DNA from: an uncultured Dehalococcoidales bacterium
Lineage (GTDB): Bacteria; Chloroflexota; Dehalococcoidia; GIF9; UBA5629
Direction: 5' to 3'
Length of the DNA stretch: 64,000 nt
NCBI GenBank assembly: GCA_964596125.1
Contig: CAZQRP010000007.1
Location: 64,282-128,281 of the forward strand
A program made the position numbers and the translations under genes. Positions 38,401 to 48,038 of the stretch are shown here, piece after piece. The notes under the pieces were generated by a model. The model was given only the letters and a program-made list of their open reading frames with translations, ran no database searches and was not told the DNA's origin. How positions within the stretch are numbered: the first letter of the stretch is position 1; the number at the start of each line of letters is the position of its first letter.

Positions 38401-39194
38401 ATCCGGCAACCGGCAGGAACCAGGAAGTCAACTTCACCTGGGAGCAGCTCTGCATTGCCGATTACTATGAACTCTATATCGGCAAGGATAACAGGTTCTC
38501 ACAGAGGATCTTCGCTGCTACGTTCTCACCAGCCAGTGTGATGTCGCCGGCTCTGATTTACTTCGCTGGCGGCGGTGGCACATACCCGGCCCTGTTCGAA
38601 ACATCTGGAGGAACAACCTTCCAGGTAACAGAGGGCAGGATTATGGCTCTTGATTGCGGACACGAGTTCTTCTGGAAAGTCAGGGTACGGGATGAGCGTA
38701 CCGATGATGCGGTACGAAGCCCGTGGTCTGAAGTGAGAAGCTTCCTTATCAAGGCCGGCTTCCGAGTAACCACACCGTACTATGGACCGCAGTTGCTAGC
38801 ACCGGATAACGGTTGTGGATGTCCTTGCGATGCCCCGCTATGCTTCTCATGGTCACCATTCAAGGAGACCACGACGTACAAGTTCGAGCTCTCCGAGAAT
38901 TCTGATATGAGCAGCCCGCTGGTATCGACAACGGTATCCAACGCTACTGCCTACCAGTACGATGGTACTGTGAAGTGCAATACCAACTACTTCTGGCGTG
39001 TGATGGCCGTAGAACCGGCACCGAGCGAGTGGAGCGCTGTATTCAGCTTCATGACGCAGGCTGAAGAAGTAGCACCTCCACCACCGGTGATTCCTGAAGA
39101 GGTAACCCCGCTATGGGTCTGGGTGATCATCGCTATAGGCGCAGTCCTGGTGATCGTTACCCTGGTACTCATCTTCAAGACACGCCGGGTGTAA
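35445..39194 (+). CDS. giant BNR/Asp-box repeat surface protein with C-terminal TM anchor (S-layer protein candidate)
   Basis: N-terminal signal/anchor (IAGIFAVLVLVASFLVPA). Asp-box motifs SIDGGRSW, SSDGGDNW and TRNNGETW. Two FN3-like modules (FFWKVRVRD..., NYFWRVMAVEPAPSEWS), a Pro-rich linker and a TM tail. AGGAGG lies upstream of the ATG. Confidence 0.8.
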   Translation: MKSKYSSIAGIFAVLVLVASFLVPAKLANPEPVEADPGLMEWTIVDTPDSEPALTKSLFTPWNLGSEVIKLLVGNNGNTMYALVRARRTPGATSAQAYIYLYKSIDGGRSWSSAKYNNLMASAGDGTPPAPRMIVWDITIAPDDPNIIAAAISDATNAPATGAVPMAQEVWISSDGGDNWDNTQWPPTGVSQGTDIISTMDISMDYGNGRDVLVGTRDGTGGGTNNISVMEMPGYGGWNVQDVTLGSPVSINPFTGDVIVAKFSPTYVGDSTIALVYSQPQGGAKPGTWLMTGVHDISVNRTTWQAAGMHIELRNASGTPGNSPMEDEIITADLELPSDFSGQSASLRRFYVCTDAINSTVATRGAVTAGIPHRGVYRVDDNVVYTLMDNSTLFATAAQNIPNRRAHSIAYWGTYASGKLLVGETLGHTCQAAVPVWFTDSPTVCPIPCWYPAKKPPTGAAGYNSCAEHWESWGNAWVVWSPTYADQGVAYAVTGSSKLDAAFNMPIAADFASANNNAVAGWPSGFGNVMLFDESAFSLTRNNGETWNQLSLIDTRMSKLTDVAPSPDCTTIYLASVNNETACLGFDSVWRSSINEAVVAPPLPALPIGQVWERVRTSPTNISCNMTDSNYAILRLAQDKLDGQVVFWAAGGTGIDTGTTTIGGFTVGPNTQALAWSPDYGDYWADINPRITVQDMAAESSTILYVLNRSGQVQKLPYTGTAWSSAINTVSAATGGGHTIEAQAEGKVLVGNRAAAPTPFPASISTNGAESFRPMVRPLQNLATFGYHAIFDTDYDDNETVYVANDSAAVGKIYRNKAPSGSNTDWSDMCNVFLGTTHREYYGIVQTNSKNVTGVGTLYAAHDAGSPNATAYCGVERTLNPLMGMPKPGMFWDCMDAADFFRGQTTVVEFTLEPKSLKLCGCLTQDTYTTLYAIDNDEYANNHNVYDNFGGVTLVRDRGMLWAYTDCMAKIGPTLTMDDGTIIGCDPATGRNQEVNFTWEQLCIADYYELYIGKDNRFSQRIFAATFSPASVMSPALIYFAGGGGTYPALFETSGGTTFQVTEGRIMALDCGHEFFWKVRVRDERTDDAVRSPWSEVRSFLIKAGFRVTTPYYGPQLLAPDNGCGCPCDAPLCFSWSPFKETTTYKFELSENSDMSSPLVSTTVSNATAYQYDGTVKCNTNYFWRVMAVEPAPSEWSAVFSFMTQAEEVAPPPPVIPEEVTPLWVWVIIAIGAVLVIVTLVLIFKTRRV

Positions 39195-39223
39195 ACTCAT
39201 CACTCGACAAGTGGTAATAAAAA

Positions 39224-39251
39224 GGGGGTGGCAATGAGCCACCCCCTTTTT
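39224..39251 (+). terminator. rho-independent terminator
   Basis: GGGGGTGGC-AATGA-GCCACCCCC followed by TTTTT. Confidence 0.85.
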
Positions 39252-39358
39252 ACATCATGAATAATTATGTAATTAGAACATAGTAATGGGTCTCCTCACT
39301 ATCCCCGCACAATGCAATAACGTCTAATCCTTTATCAGTTGCACTAAAAACCTTCCAG

Positions 39359-39387
39359 TTGACAGGCATCTTCAATATATTTATACT
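39359..39387 (+). promoter_or_regulatory. sigma70-like promoter (TTGACA-17-TATACT), distal
   Basis: TTGACA at 39359-39364 and TATACT at 39382-39387. Confidence 0.5.
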
Positions 39388-39395
39388 TGCAGACA

Positions 39396-39424
39396 TTGAC
39401 AGTTGAAAGCGTTCTATTTATACT
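39396..39424 (+). promoter_or_regulatory. sigma70-like promoter (TTGACA-17-TATACT), proximal
   Basis: TTGACA at 39396-39401 and TATACT at 39419-39424, 19 nt before ATG 39443. Confidence 0.5.
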
Positions 39425-39442
39425 GGTACAACAGGTGCTGAG

Positions 39443-40699
39443 ATGAAGAAAAACAAATGGTACTGGAGCTTGATTATAGTATCGCTTTTCATGCTGATCT
39501 GCATGACGGCAGGTTGTATCACCATCAGTGACAAGAAACCTGATGCGCGGAAAAAGCTCGCGGTGATGTCCGCACCGGTAATCAACTCATTTACAGTTGA
39601 CCGGGACACTATTACACAGGGAGAACAGGCAAAGCTAAGCTGGGATGTATCCGGGACAACAACAGTTACTATAAGTCCGGTTGTCGGCCCTATGGAGCCG
39701 GTCAGCACAGCGCTGGTAACACCAGAGACGACCATCACGTACACATTATCAGCTACCAACGAGGCGGGAACCAGCACTGCTACGGTACAAGTCAACGTCA
39801 CGCCGGTAGTTGTCGATAAGCCAGACCTGGTAATTACGGATGTCTGGATTGAGGTCAAGTCGATTTTTTATAAGATAAAGAACGAAGGAAGTGAGCCATC
39901 CAAGGGAAGCCGTTCATTCCTGTACGTAAATGATATAGTGGAGGACAATGACTATGTTCCCGCTCTGGCTCCCGGTGAGGAAAGGACTGAGTCTTTTGGC
40001 AGGTTCGTCTGGATTTACGGGTTCGCATCACAGACCAGTGCCATGACCATTACGGAAAAACCCCCTCAATTTACTGTTAAGGTCTGTGCAGATAGCGAGC
40101 ATGCCATCGTGGAACATGACGAAGGCAATAACTGTACCGAACTGGTCTGGGGACAGGAAGCTATCTATAGCTTTATTGACAACGCGCATTTCGCCGAGTG
40201 GACCAGTGGCTCTGGCAAGTTACGGTACCCATCACCAGCGGGCAGCCTGTCGGGGACGGCTTTAATAGCGAAGACCATGAACACGGAAGATGGCAAATCA
40301 CATTCCTCTGTCCTGGCGACATATCCACAGCAGGTCAGCAAGGGATGGATACAGGGTAGATTCGCTAATTTTTACATGGATCCAAAGAGCCGCACCCTGA
40401 GGAGCAAGGACATCCTCATACCAGCCAAGGCAAAATTTACTGCCGAGGTAGGTTTCAGAAAGGGTGCGACTGCCACTGCTGGTGTCCGGTTTATTCTTGG
40501 TGTTGCTGATGAGAGCGGCAGCGTAGTCTATTTCCCGGAAATATTCGCCACCTATGATGAGCAGTTTGACCTATATGAGGTAGATTTAAGCGAACTTGCC
40601 GGAGAGAAAAGGACTTTTATCCTGAGAGTTGAGGCTGAGGACTCAGGAGAGCAAAATTGGGCAGTATGGCTCGACCCCAGGATAATCCAGGAACGCTAG
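39443..40699 (+). CDS. secreted/lipoprotein-like protein with Ig-like and CARDB-like domains
   Basis: Signal peptide ending in ...CMTAGC (imperfect lipobox). The PDLVITDVWIEVKSIFYKIKNEGSEPS segment resembles the CARDB domain. Confidence 0.65.
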   Translation: MKKNKWYWSLIIVSLFMLICMTAGCITISDKKPDARKKLAVMSAPVINSFTVDRDTITQGEQAKLSWDVSGTTTVTISPVVGPMEPVSTALVTPETTITYTLSATNEAGTSTATVQVNVTPVVVDKPDLVITDVWIEVKSIFYKIKNEGSEPSKGSRSFLYVNDIVEDNDYVPALAPGEERTESFGRFVWIYGFASQTSAMTITEKPPQFTVKVCADSEHAIVEHDEGNNCTELVWGQEAIYSFIDNAHFAEWTSGSGKLRYPSPAGSLSGTALIAKTMNTEDGKSHSSVLATYPQQVSKGWIQGRFANFYMDPKSRTLRSKDILIPAKAKFTAEVGFRKGATATAGVRFILGVADESGSVVYFPEIFATYDEQFDLYEVDLSELAGEKRTFILRVEAEDSGEQNWAVWLDPRIIQER

Positions 40700-40749
40700 G
40701 CCGACACAATTCATAATGCCACACAATTTGAAATAGAGCCACGATGTAC

Positions 40750-40778
40750 TTGACAAGTTACTGCCGACCTCTTATAAT
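40750..40778 (+). promoter_or_regulatory. consensus sigma70 promoter (TTGACA-17-TATAAT) upstream of pyrG
   Basis: TTGACA at 40750-40755 and TATAAT at 40773-40778, leaving a leader of about 210 nt. Confidence 0.55.
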
Positions 40779-40994
40779 TAAAAGAAACCGCTCTCCTCTT
40801 CTTTTGTAATTGTTGTTCATTCGATTTCTTCCCATTATGAGCTGCGAAGAAGTACGCTGACATAGTTACTACCAGTATCTGATCATGGGGAAATATATAG
40901 TAACTTCACTTGAAAAGAAGCTTATTTTAATGCTGCCCGCTTCATGGTATAAGCTTGATGGTGAATCTGTAATGCATATATATCTTTTCAGCAA

Positions 40995-42623
40995 ATGAGT
41001 AAGTATATATTCGTTACCGGCGGTGTAGTAAGCTCTGTGGGCAAAGGTATCACTGTCGCCTCTATCGGCAGGGTCCTGAAAAGTCGCGATATTTCAGTCT
41101 CTGTTCAGAAGCTAGATCCATATCTTAATGTCGATCCCGGTACTATGTCGCCTTACCAGCATGGTGAGGTCTTTGTTACCGAGGATGGTGCCGAGACTGA
41201 TCTCGACCTTGGTCACTATGAGAGATTTATTGATGTTGATCTCACCTCCGTTTCGAACGTTACTTCCGGACAGATATATTCAGCAGTGATTACGGGGGAA
41301 AGAAGGGGGGATTTTCTCGGCGGGACCATACAGGTGGTCCCTCACGTTACCAACGAGATAAAGCGCAGGATAAGGGAACTGGCTCGAATCTCTGCTGCTT
41401 CAGCTATTATTATCGAGGTGGGCGGAACAGTTGGCGACATCGAAGGTCAACCGTTCCTGGAAGCCATCCGTCAGATGAGAAACGAAGAGGGCAGGGACAA
41501 TGTCCTTTATATCCATGTTACTTTCCTGCCTCATATAGCTACTACCAATGAGCTTAAGACCAAGCCCACTCAGCACAGTGTAAATGAACTAAGACGCATT
41601 GGCATTCAACCGGATATAATTCTATGCCGCTCGGACTTTGAAATCTCGGAGAGCATAAAAGATAAAATATCTTTATTCTGCGATGTAGACAGACAGGCGG
41701 TTATTCCGCTGACCACTGCCGATACCATCTATGAGGTGCCACTCCTGCTTGAGGAGGCAGGATTGAGTGATTTAATTGTCGAGCGGCTTGGGCTTGAGGC
41801 CAGAACAGTCAACCTTAACGGCTGGCGTCAGATGGTCGATAAGCTAAAATCTCCGAAAGAGCCGGTAACTATAGCCCTTGTTGGCAAATACGTGGAGCTT
41901 CAGGATGCCTATTATTCGGTACGTGAAGCATTATGCCATGCGGGACTACATCACAACAGGCAGATAAAGATGATATGGGTACAATCGGAAGACCTGCAAA
42001 ATGACGGTAGTGAAAGCCCGCTACGGTCGGCACAGGGCATTATCGTACCTGGCGGGTTTGGCTATCGTGGTATTGAAGGTATGATAGCCGCAGCTACATA
42101 TGCCAGGCAGAACAACATACCCTATCTCGGTTTGTGTCTGGGCATGCAAGTTATGGTTATTGAATTCGGCCGCTATGCCTTGGGCAATGAACGTGCCAAC
42201 TCAACAGAATTTGACCCGGATACGCCGTACCCGGTGATCGACTTGCTTCCCGAACAGCACGGGATCAACAATATGGGCGGCACTATGAGGCTGGGTGTCT
42301 ACCCCTGCCAACTGGTTTCCGGAACGCTTGCAGCTCAAGCCTATGGCAGTAGTGTAGTTTACGAGCGTCACCGTCACCGTTTCGAATTTAACAATAAGTT
42401 CCGTCAGCCACTTGAGCAAAAAGGACTTATTACCAGCGGATTGTCTCCAGATAATCGACTTGTAGAAATAACTGAGCTCAAGGACCACCCATGGATGGTA
42501 GCCTGTCAGTTTCATGCTGAGTTTGAGTCACGCCCCAACAGACCCCATCCTCTATTTCTCGACTTCATTAATGCTGCCAAGGACACTTTAGTTGAGGGTA
42601 CTCAAGTGACATTGCCATTATAA
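40995..42623 (+). CDS. pyrG: CTP synthase
   Basis: [20 protein letters not shown]-terminus and a glutamine amidotransferase domain ([15 protein letters not shown]). Confidence 0.95.
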   Translation: MSKYIFVTGGVVSSVGKGITVASIGRVLKSRDISVSVQKLDPYLNVDPGTMSPYQHGEVFVTEDGAETDLDLGHYERFIDVDLTSVSNVTSGQIYSAVITGERRGDFLGGTIQVVPHVTNEIKRRIRELARISAASAIIIEVGGTVGDIEGQPFLEAIRQMRNEEGRDNVLYIHVTFLPHIATTNELKTKPTQHSVNELRRIGIQPDIILCRSDFEISESIKDKISLFCDVDRQAVIPLTTADTIYEVPLLLEEAGLSDLIVERLGLEARTVNLNGWRQMVDKLKSPKEPVTIALVGKYVELQDAYYSVREALCHAGLHHNRQIKMIWVQSEDLQNDGSESPLRSAQGIIVPGGFGYRGIEGMIAAATYARQNNIPYLGLCLGMQVMVIEFGRYALGNERANSTEFDPDTPYPVIDLLPEQHGINNMGGTMRLGVYPCQLVSGTLAAQAYGSSVVYERHRHRFEFNNKFRQPLEQKGLITSGLSPDNRLVEITELKDHPWMVACQFHAEFESRPNRPHPLFLDFINAAKDTLVEGTQVTLPL

Positions 42624-42665
42624 GGTGGCTCATGGATGTAATATCAATAATAAAGGGGAAAATAC

Positions 42666-43337
42666 ATGCGTTTATTTCTGGATACCGCTAACATTGACCA
42701 CATCAGCCATGGCGTCAAGCTGGGAGTAATCAAAGGCGTGACCACCAATCCAAGCCTGGTTTCCAAGGAAGGTAAGGTAAATTACAAGCAGCTTGTCCAG
42801 CAAATCTGCGCCATCGTTCCAGGCCCGGTGTCCACAGAAGTGCTGAGCCTGGATGCTTCAGGTATGGTCACTGAGGCCAGGCAAATTGCCAAGTGGGCGG
42901 ATAATGTGGTAGTTAAAATCCCGGCCAGCCTTGAAGGCATCCAGGCCACTCAACAACTGTCGAAAGAAGCCATTAAAGTAAATCTTACTTTATGTTTTTC
43001 TATAAACCAGGCTCTGCTCGGTGCTGCAGCAGGTGCCGCTTTTGTGAGCCCGTTTGTCGGCAGACTGGATGATATCGGCGAAAATGGGATGAGACTGATA
43101 AAAGAAATCGTTGACATATATAAACAGTACCCCAATTCCATTACTACTGAGGTCATCGCCGCCAGCATCAGGCATCCACGGCATTGTACTGAAGCAGCCC
43201 AGGCTGGCGCCCCCATTGCCACAATTCCCTACCACGTGCTGATACAGATGACCAGGCATCCGCTCACCGATATCGGTATCAGCCGCTTTCAAGAGGACTG
43301 GCATAAAGTAATGGGAGAAAACAGAGGAATAGATTGA
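42666..43337 (+). CDS. tal: transaldolase / fructose-6-phosphate aldolase family (short, type 3B)
   Basis: 223 aa with [19 protein letters not shown], and VVKIPAS (Schiff-base Lys). Confidence 0.9.
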   Translation: MRLFLDTANIDHISHGVKLGVIKGVTTNPSLVSKEGKVNYKQLVQQICAIVPGPVSTEVLSLDASGMVTEARQIAKWADNVVVKIPASLEGIQATQQLSKEAIKVNLTLCFSINQALLGAAAGAAFVSPFVGRLDDIGENGMRLIKEIVDIYKQYPNSITTEVIAASIRHPRHCTEAAQAGAPIATIPYHVLIQMTRHPLTDIGISRFQEDWHKVMGENRGID

Positions 43338-43444
43338 AGGGTAAACGTAAGAAAAAAGTCACTCGAACTGAGCGCGTTTTAAAAACTTTAAGTACCCTCC
43401 GCCAGTTGATGAGGTAATTGACTATTATATGAGGAGCTAGACAA

Positions 43445-44707
43445 ATGAATATTTCCGAACTCGAAACTAAAACTCGTGACGAACTTATAGAGCTTGCCAA
43501 ACAGCAGGGAATTGATGGATACAGGGGACTGAAGAAATCAGAGCTCGTTCAACGCCTCATCCAGACTCAGGCTGAACAACAGGGACATATGTTCCTCAAC
43601 GGTATATTGGACATAATGGATGATGGCTATGGTTTTCTGCGCCAGGACAGCCTTCTTCCCGGTGCCGATGATGTCTACATTTCCAACTCCCAGATTCGCC
43701 GCTTTGGTTTAAGGAATGGTGACTTGGTAAGAGGGCAAGCCAGACCACCCAAGGACGGTGAGAAATATTACAGCCTGCTGCGTGTAGAATCAGTTAACGA
43801 ACAAGACCCGGAGCAATCCAGGTACCGCAGACACTTCGCATCTCTGACACCTACCTTTCCAGACAAGATGTTCGACCTGGAGACCGAGTCCCACAACCTG
43901 TCAACACGTCTGATAAACCTAGTAGCTCCTATTGGACGGGGCCAGCGCGGTCTTATTGTGTCACCGCCTAAAGCAGGCAAGACCATGCTTCTAAAGAATA
44001 TCGCTAATGCTATCATTACCAAGTATAGTGAACCTCATATCATGGTCTGTCTCATCGGCGAAAGACCTGAGGAAGTTACCGACATGAAGCGGTCAGTAGT
44101 AGCCGAAGTAATTGCTGCCACCTTTGATGTTCCTGTAGAACACCATACCCGGGTAGCTGAACTGGCCCTTGAGCGAGCTAAAAGACTCGTGGAGGTAGGC
44201 AAAGATGTAGTAATCTTACTTGACGGTATTACCCGGCTAACACGCTCCTATAATCTGGCCATGCCGCCCAGCGGACGGACTCTATCAGGTGGCATTGATT
44301 CAGTGGCTCTTTATCCACCCAAACGTTTCTTTGGAGCAGCACGCAATACCGAAGAAGGAGGCAGCCTGACTATCATAGCCACCTGCCTTGTAGACACCGG
44401 CAGCCGCATGGACGACCTTATCTACGAGGAATTTAAAGGGACCGGCAATATGGAGCTACATCTTGACCGTCGTATGGCTGAAAAAAGGATTTTCCCAGCT
44501 ATAGATATCCTGCCCAGTGGTACTCGTCGGGAGGAGCTCCTGTTCGATGAAGAGACAATGAAACAGGTCTACGTACTGCGTCGTATAATTGGCATGCTGG
44601 CTGGAGATTCGACAAACAACACCGATGCCAGTGAGAGATTGCTGGACCGCCTGTCCAAGACCCGTAACAACGCCGAATTTCTGGCAAACTTATCTAAAGA
44701 TACCTAA
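43445..44707 (+). CDS. rho: transcription termination factor Rho
   Basis: N-terminal [17 protein letters not shown], an RNA-binding domain, and P-loop SPPKAGKT. 420 aa. Confidence 0.95.
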   Translation: MNISELETKTRDELIELAKQQGIDGYRGLKKSELVQRLIQTQAEQQGHMFLNGILDIMDDGYGFLRQDSLLPGADDVYISNSQIRRFGLRNGDLVRGQARPPKDGEKYYSLLRVESVNEQDPEQSRYRRHFASLTPTFPDKMFDLETESHNLSTRLINLVAPIGRGQRGLIVSPPKAGKTMLLKNIANAIITKYSEPHIMVCLIGERPEEVTDMKRSVVAEVIAATFDVPVEHHTRVAELALERAKRLVEVGKDVVILLDGITRLTRSYNLAMPPSGRTLSGGIDSVALYPPKRFFGAARNTEEGGSLTIIATCLVDTGSRMDDLIYEEFKGTGNMELHLDRRMAEKRIFPAIDILPSGTRREELLFDEETMKQVYVLRRIIGMLAGDSTNNTDASERLLDRLSKTRNNAEFLANLSKDT

Positions 44708-44873
44708 GAGTTTTGATAGAGAATTACGTTGGATACTTGTAGCTCACTCGATTACTATCACTCTATAGGTGGCAGTATTCCAAAACGGGCACGGTCCATT
44801 CAGTTGCTTTACCTATTCAATAGTAAACTTTAATTATTTTTATCCGTTTTATGTTATGATAAGTAGCAACACT

Positions 44874-46673
44874 ATGAAAAAGGGAGCGTGCAGGTTCAAA
44901 GCCTCTGCGATAGTAGCAGGTCTATTGTTATTGGTTTTATGTCTTATACCAGCACCGGTTAACGCCGATATCCTCTCAATAAGCCCAATCCAGGGGATCG
45001 TTGGTACCGATGTCACCATTGGAGCACTAAGTGTCTATGGTACCGGCGAATTCTATATTTACTGGGGAGACGAGAAACAGGTTCTCAAGCATGGCACGGG
45101 AGATGAATCCGAATCGGTTACATTCAGTATTCCCGAAGCCGCCAGAGGAATACACAAGGTTATTCTTAAGATAGAGGGAAAAACGTTTGATGCCGAATTT
45201 ACGGTTATGCCCTCTATCAGCCTGGGTACTCACGAGGGTAAAGTAGGCTCAGAACTGATAGTTACCGGGAAAGGTTTCAATCAAAACGAGACAGATATCG
45301 AGATAACCTTTGATGGTAACACTATCGAAACCGGGATTAAAGCCGATAGCAATGGAAACTGGCAAAACGCTATCAAAATCCCTGACAGCCATTCGGGTGA
45401 GCATATTATAATTGCTTCAGGCACCACGCCCGCAGAAGAAGTAGGAAGCCAGACTTTTTCCATAGTTCCCAAAATCGATATTACTCCGAAGTCAGGCGGG
45501 GTAAATACTATGGTTACTATAAACGGTTCAGGTTTCGGCAATGCGGAAACTGGAATTGTAGTGACGTATGACGGGCTGGCGGTAAAAACAGCGATTGCCT
45601 CTACTAAACAAGGCTCATGGAAATCCAGTTTTTTCGTCCCGGCATCAACCAAGGGTAGCCATAAAATTGATGCCTACGGAGACACTACTGACAGTACTAC
45701 TGTAGCTGAGGTTACTTTTAACGTAGCTCCGTCTATAAAACTGGAAATGGTCTCAGGCCACCTCGGAGATACCATTCATACCGGCGATAGTTTTTGGGTC
45801 AGCGGTATTGGCTTCGAGGAGAATGAAACTGGAATTCAGGTTACATTCGACGGCATAATGCTGGCCAGCGGAATCACCGCTGATGCAAAAGGTACATGGG
45901 CAGTTCAACTGGAGGTGCCTCAAAGTACTCAGGGTGCACACACCGTCGACACGTCAGGAGAGACTACCAGTGCCAGCGATATCGCAAATGCCACGTTAAT
46001 AATCTCGCCGAAAATAGAAATAAATCCCACATCGGGAGCTATAAGTGAGGACGTTGTGGTAACCGGCACCGGATTCGGCGGGAGTCAGCCTCTGACTATC
46101 AGTTATGATGGCAACCAGGTAGCCACTGACTCGGCTACAGATTCTAAAGGCAGCTTCACAGTTAGCTTCGAAGTCCCTAAAAGCAAGGCTGGCGATCATA
46201 CTATCACCGTCGCCGATGCAATTGCATCTGTTGCCTCGGCAAGCTACAGCGTAGAGTCGACACCACCACCAACGCCCAGGCTTATCTCCCCTGAAGCCGG
46301 CAAAAGAAGCGGTTTCTTCGGTAAGACTATTATCACCTTTGAGTGGTCTGACGTGGATGATCCCAGCGGTGTCATCTATCTGCTGGAAATAAGCCAGAAT
46401 GTTGATTTTTCCGGTACCATGCTTCGTAAGGAGAACTTAAGCCAACCCCAGTACACGCTTACAGAAGAAGAGGCGATGAGTAAAGGTGAATATTATTGGA
46501 GGGTGAAAGCCATTGACGGTGCCAGCAACGAAGGTGAATGGACAACGGGGCAGCTTTTTAAAGTAGGAGTAATGGAACCATGGATGCTGGCAGTTATTAT
46601 CATAGCTGGCTTAGGTATACTCCTCTTCATCGGGCGAATCATCCAGGTCAGTCGGAGAGGCGGTTGGAAATAA
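44874..46673 (+). CDS. cell-surface protein: signal peptide + five Ig/IPT-like repeats + FN3-like domain + C-terminal TM anchor
   Basis: From ATG 44874 (MKKGACRFKASAIVAGLLLLVLCLIPAPVNA). It has five ~85-aa repeats, then YYWRVKAIDGASNEGEWT and a TM tail. Paralogue of 33597-34793. Confidence 0.8.
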   Translation: MKKGACRFKASAIVAGLLLLVLCLIPAPVNADILSISPIQGIVGTDVTIGALSVYGTGEFYIYWGDEKQVLKHGTGDESESVTFSIPEAARGIHKVILKIEGKTFDAEFTVMPSISLGTHEGKVGSELIVTGKGFNQNETDIEITFDGNTIETGIKADSNGNWQNAIKIPDSHSGEHIIIASGTTPAEEVGSQTFSIVPKIDITPKSGGVNTMVTINGSGFGNAETGIVVTYDGLAVKTAIASTKQGSWKSSFFVPASTKGSHKIDAYGDTTDSTTVAEVTFNVAPSIKLEMVSGHLGDTIHTGDSFWVSGIGFEENETGIQVTFDGIMLASGITADAKGTWAVQLEVPQSTQGAHTVDTSGETTSASDIANATLIISPKIEINPTSGAISEDVVVTGTGFGGSQPLTISYDGNQVATDSATDSKGSFTVSFEVPKSKAGDHTITVADAIASVASASYSVESTPPPTPRLISPEAGKRSGFFGKTIITFEWSDVDDPSGVIYLLEISQNVDFSGTMLRKENLSQPQYTLTEEEAMSKGEYYWRVKAIDGASNEGEWTTGQLFKVGVMEPWMLAVIIIAGLGILLFIGRIIQVSRRGGWK

Positions 46674-46690
46674 ATAAATGGGGAATACAC

Positions 46691-46720
46691 TTGACAAACG
46701 GGAAACCATAAATATATTAT
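46691..46720 (+). promoter_or_regulatory. sigma70-like promoter (TTGACA-18-TATTAT)
   Basis: TTGACA at 46691-46696 and TATTAT at 46715-46720, about 50 nt upstream of the tubulin-like gene. Confidence 0.45.
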
Positions 46721-46771
46721 AAAACAGTATAACAATGGACCAGTATACAAACGGGAAAGCGAGGAAATAAT

Positions 46772-47953
46772 ATGAAATTAATGGTTATAGGGCTAGGTCA
46801 ATGCGGTTCTCGAATTGCTGATGAATTTGTCCGGCTCGATAAGATGGCGCAAGCACAGCGACACACTAATATAATCACTGGTGCCTTTGCCGTCAATACA
46901 GACCAGGCTGACCTTACCGGCTTGTCTCATATAGGTTCTGATTACATGCATCGTATACTTATTGGTGGGCGCAGAACCTGGGGACACGGTGTCGGCAAGG
47001 TAAATGAGATGGGTGCTGAACTCGCTAGAGAAGACGGTGATAAGGTGATAGACGCCATTAGAACTGCACCCTACTTCTACCAGACTCATGCCTTCATGCT
47101 CTGTGCCGGCGCTGCCGGCGGTACCGGATCGGGAGCAATCTCGATAATAGCCCAGATGATAAAAGAGCGTTACCTGGGCAAACCAGTTTACGCCCTGGTC
47201 GTCCTACCATTCGAGCATGAAGAGGTAGCCGAGCTGAGAAGCGTCTACAACACAGCCGTTTGTCTCAAGTCCATTCATACCGTCGCCGACGGTATATTTT
47301 TAGCAGATAATCAACGTTATGTCAGAAAAGACGCCAGCATGGGCTCGAACCTGAATAGGATCAACAATCAGATTGTTGAACCTTTCTACGATTTACTGTG
47401 CGCTGGTGAGATTACCAAATATAAGCACGTTGGCGCCAAGACGCTGGATGCCGGTGATATAATTCAATCGATCGATGGCTGGACAGCTATAGGCGTTGGC
47501 AGGGCTCAAATACCGCGTGGGTTCCGCTTCCCCTGGGAACTGGCCAAAATTAGCTTCAGGGAAAAGAGCGGTGAAACGCTCAGAGCTATGCAAGCCATGG
47601 ATGCTTCCCTAAGCGAACTTTCCATTAGTTGCAGCCCCGAGGATGCCGGTAGAGCTTTGTACCTGCTGGCAGCTCCAGCCAAGGAAATGAGTATGGATAT
47701 TGCCAAGGGTCTGGGTGATTACCTGCGAGAACTGGCGGAGAATGCTGTCATCAGGGCGGGTGATTTCCCCAGAGAGAAAGGTGCAGTCGACGTTACCGTG
47801 ATGTTCTCTCAATTAGCCTTTGTCCAGAAAATTCGAGACTACTACGATAGAGCATCCGCATTTGCCAATACACAGAAGGACCGCTTAAGAGAAACGTCTG
47901 GAAGGCTGCGTGATATGGAGGACGCGGCCAAAGAGCTGCCGAGTTTGATTTAA
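46772..47953 (+). CDS. tubulin/FtsZ-superfamily GTPase (canonical motifs)
   Basis: MKLMVIGLGQCGSRIADEF (T1-loop-like GxGQxG) and the tubulin signature GGTGSG (nt 47117-47134), with a downstream FLADNQ. 393 aa. Confidence 0.75.
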   Translation: MKLMVIGLGQCGSRIADEFVRLDKMAQAQRHTNIITGAFAVNTDQADLTGLSHIGSDYMHRILIGGRRTWGHGVGKVNEMGAELAREDGDKVIDAIRTAPYFYQTHAFMLCAGAAGGTGSGAISIIAQMIKERYLGKPVYALVVLPFEHEEVAELRSVYNTAVCLKSIHTVADGIFLADNQRYVRKDASMGSNLNRINNQIVEPFYDLLCAGEITKYKHVGAKTLDAGDIIQSIDGWTAIGVGRAQIPRGFRFPWELAKISFREKSGETLRAMQAMDASLSELSISCSPEDAGRALYLLAAPAKEMSMDIAKGLGDYLRELAENAVIRAGDFPREKGAVDVTVMFSQLAFVQKIRDYYDRASAFANTQKDRLRETSGRLRDMEDAAKELPSLI

Positions 47954-47984
47954 AAACCTCGTACGCTATCCTGGTCATGTTAGT

Positions 47985-48022
47985 AACAAAGGGAGGGAAA
48001 TTCCTCCCTTTGTTTTTATTTT
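47985..48022 (+). terminator. rho-independent terminator between convergent genes
   Basis: AACAAAGGGAGG-GAAATT-CCTCCCTTTGTT followed by TTTATTTT. Confidence 0.85.
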
Positions 48023-48038
48023 GGTTCCATACTATCAG

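Noticed and set aside
35741-39178. Numerous alternative-frame and antisense ORFs inside the 1249-aa BNR gene, for example 36276-36728 (minus) and 37690-38001 (plus).
   Set aside because: These are the same GC-driven artefact. The single 3.75-kb frame has a signal sequence, Asp-boxes, FN3-like modules and a TM anchor, and it explains the region.
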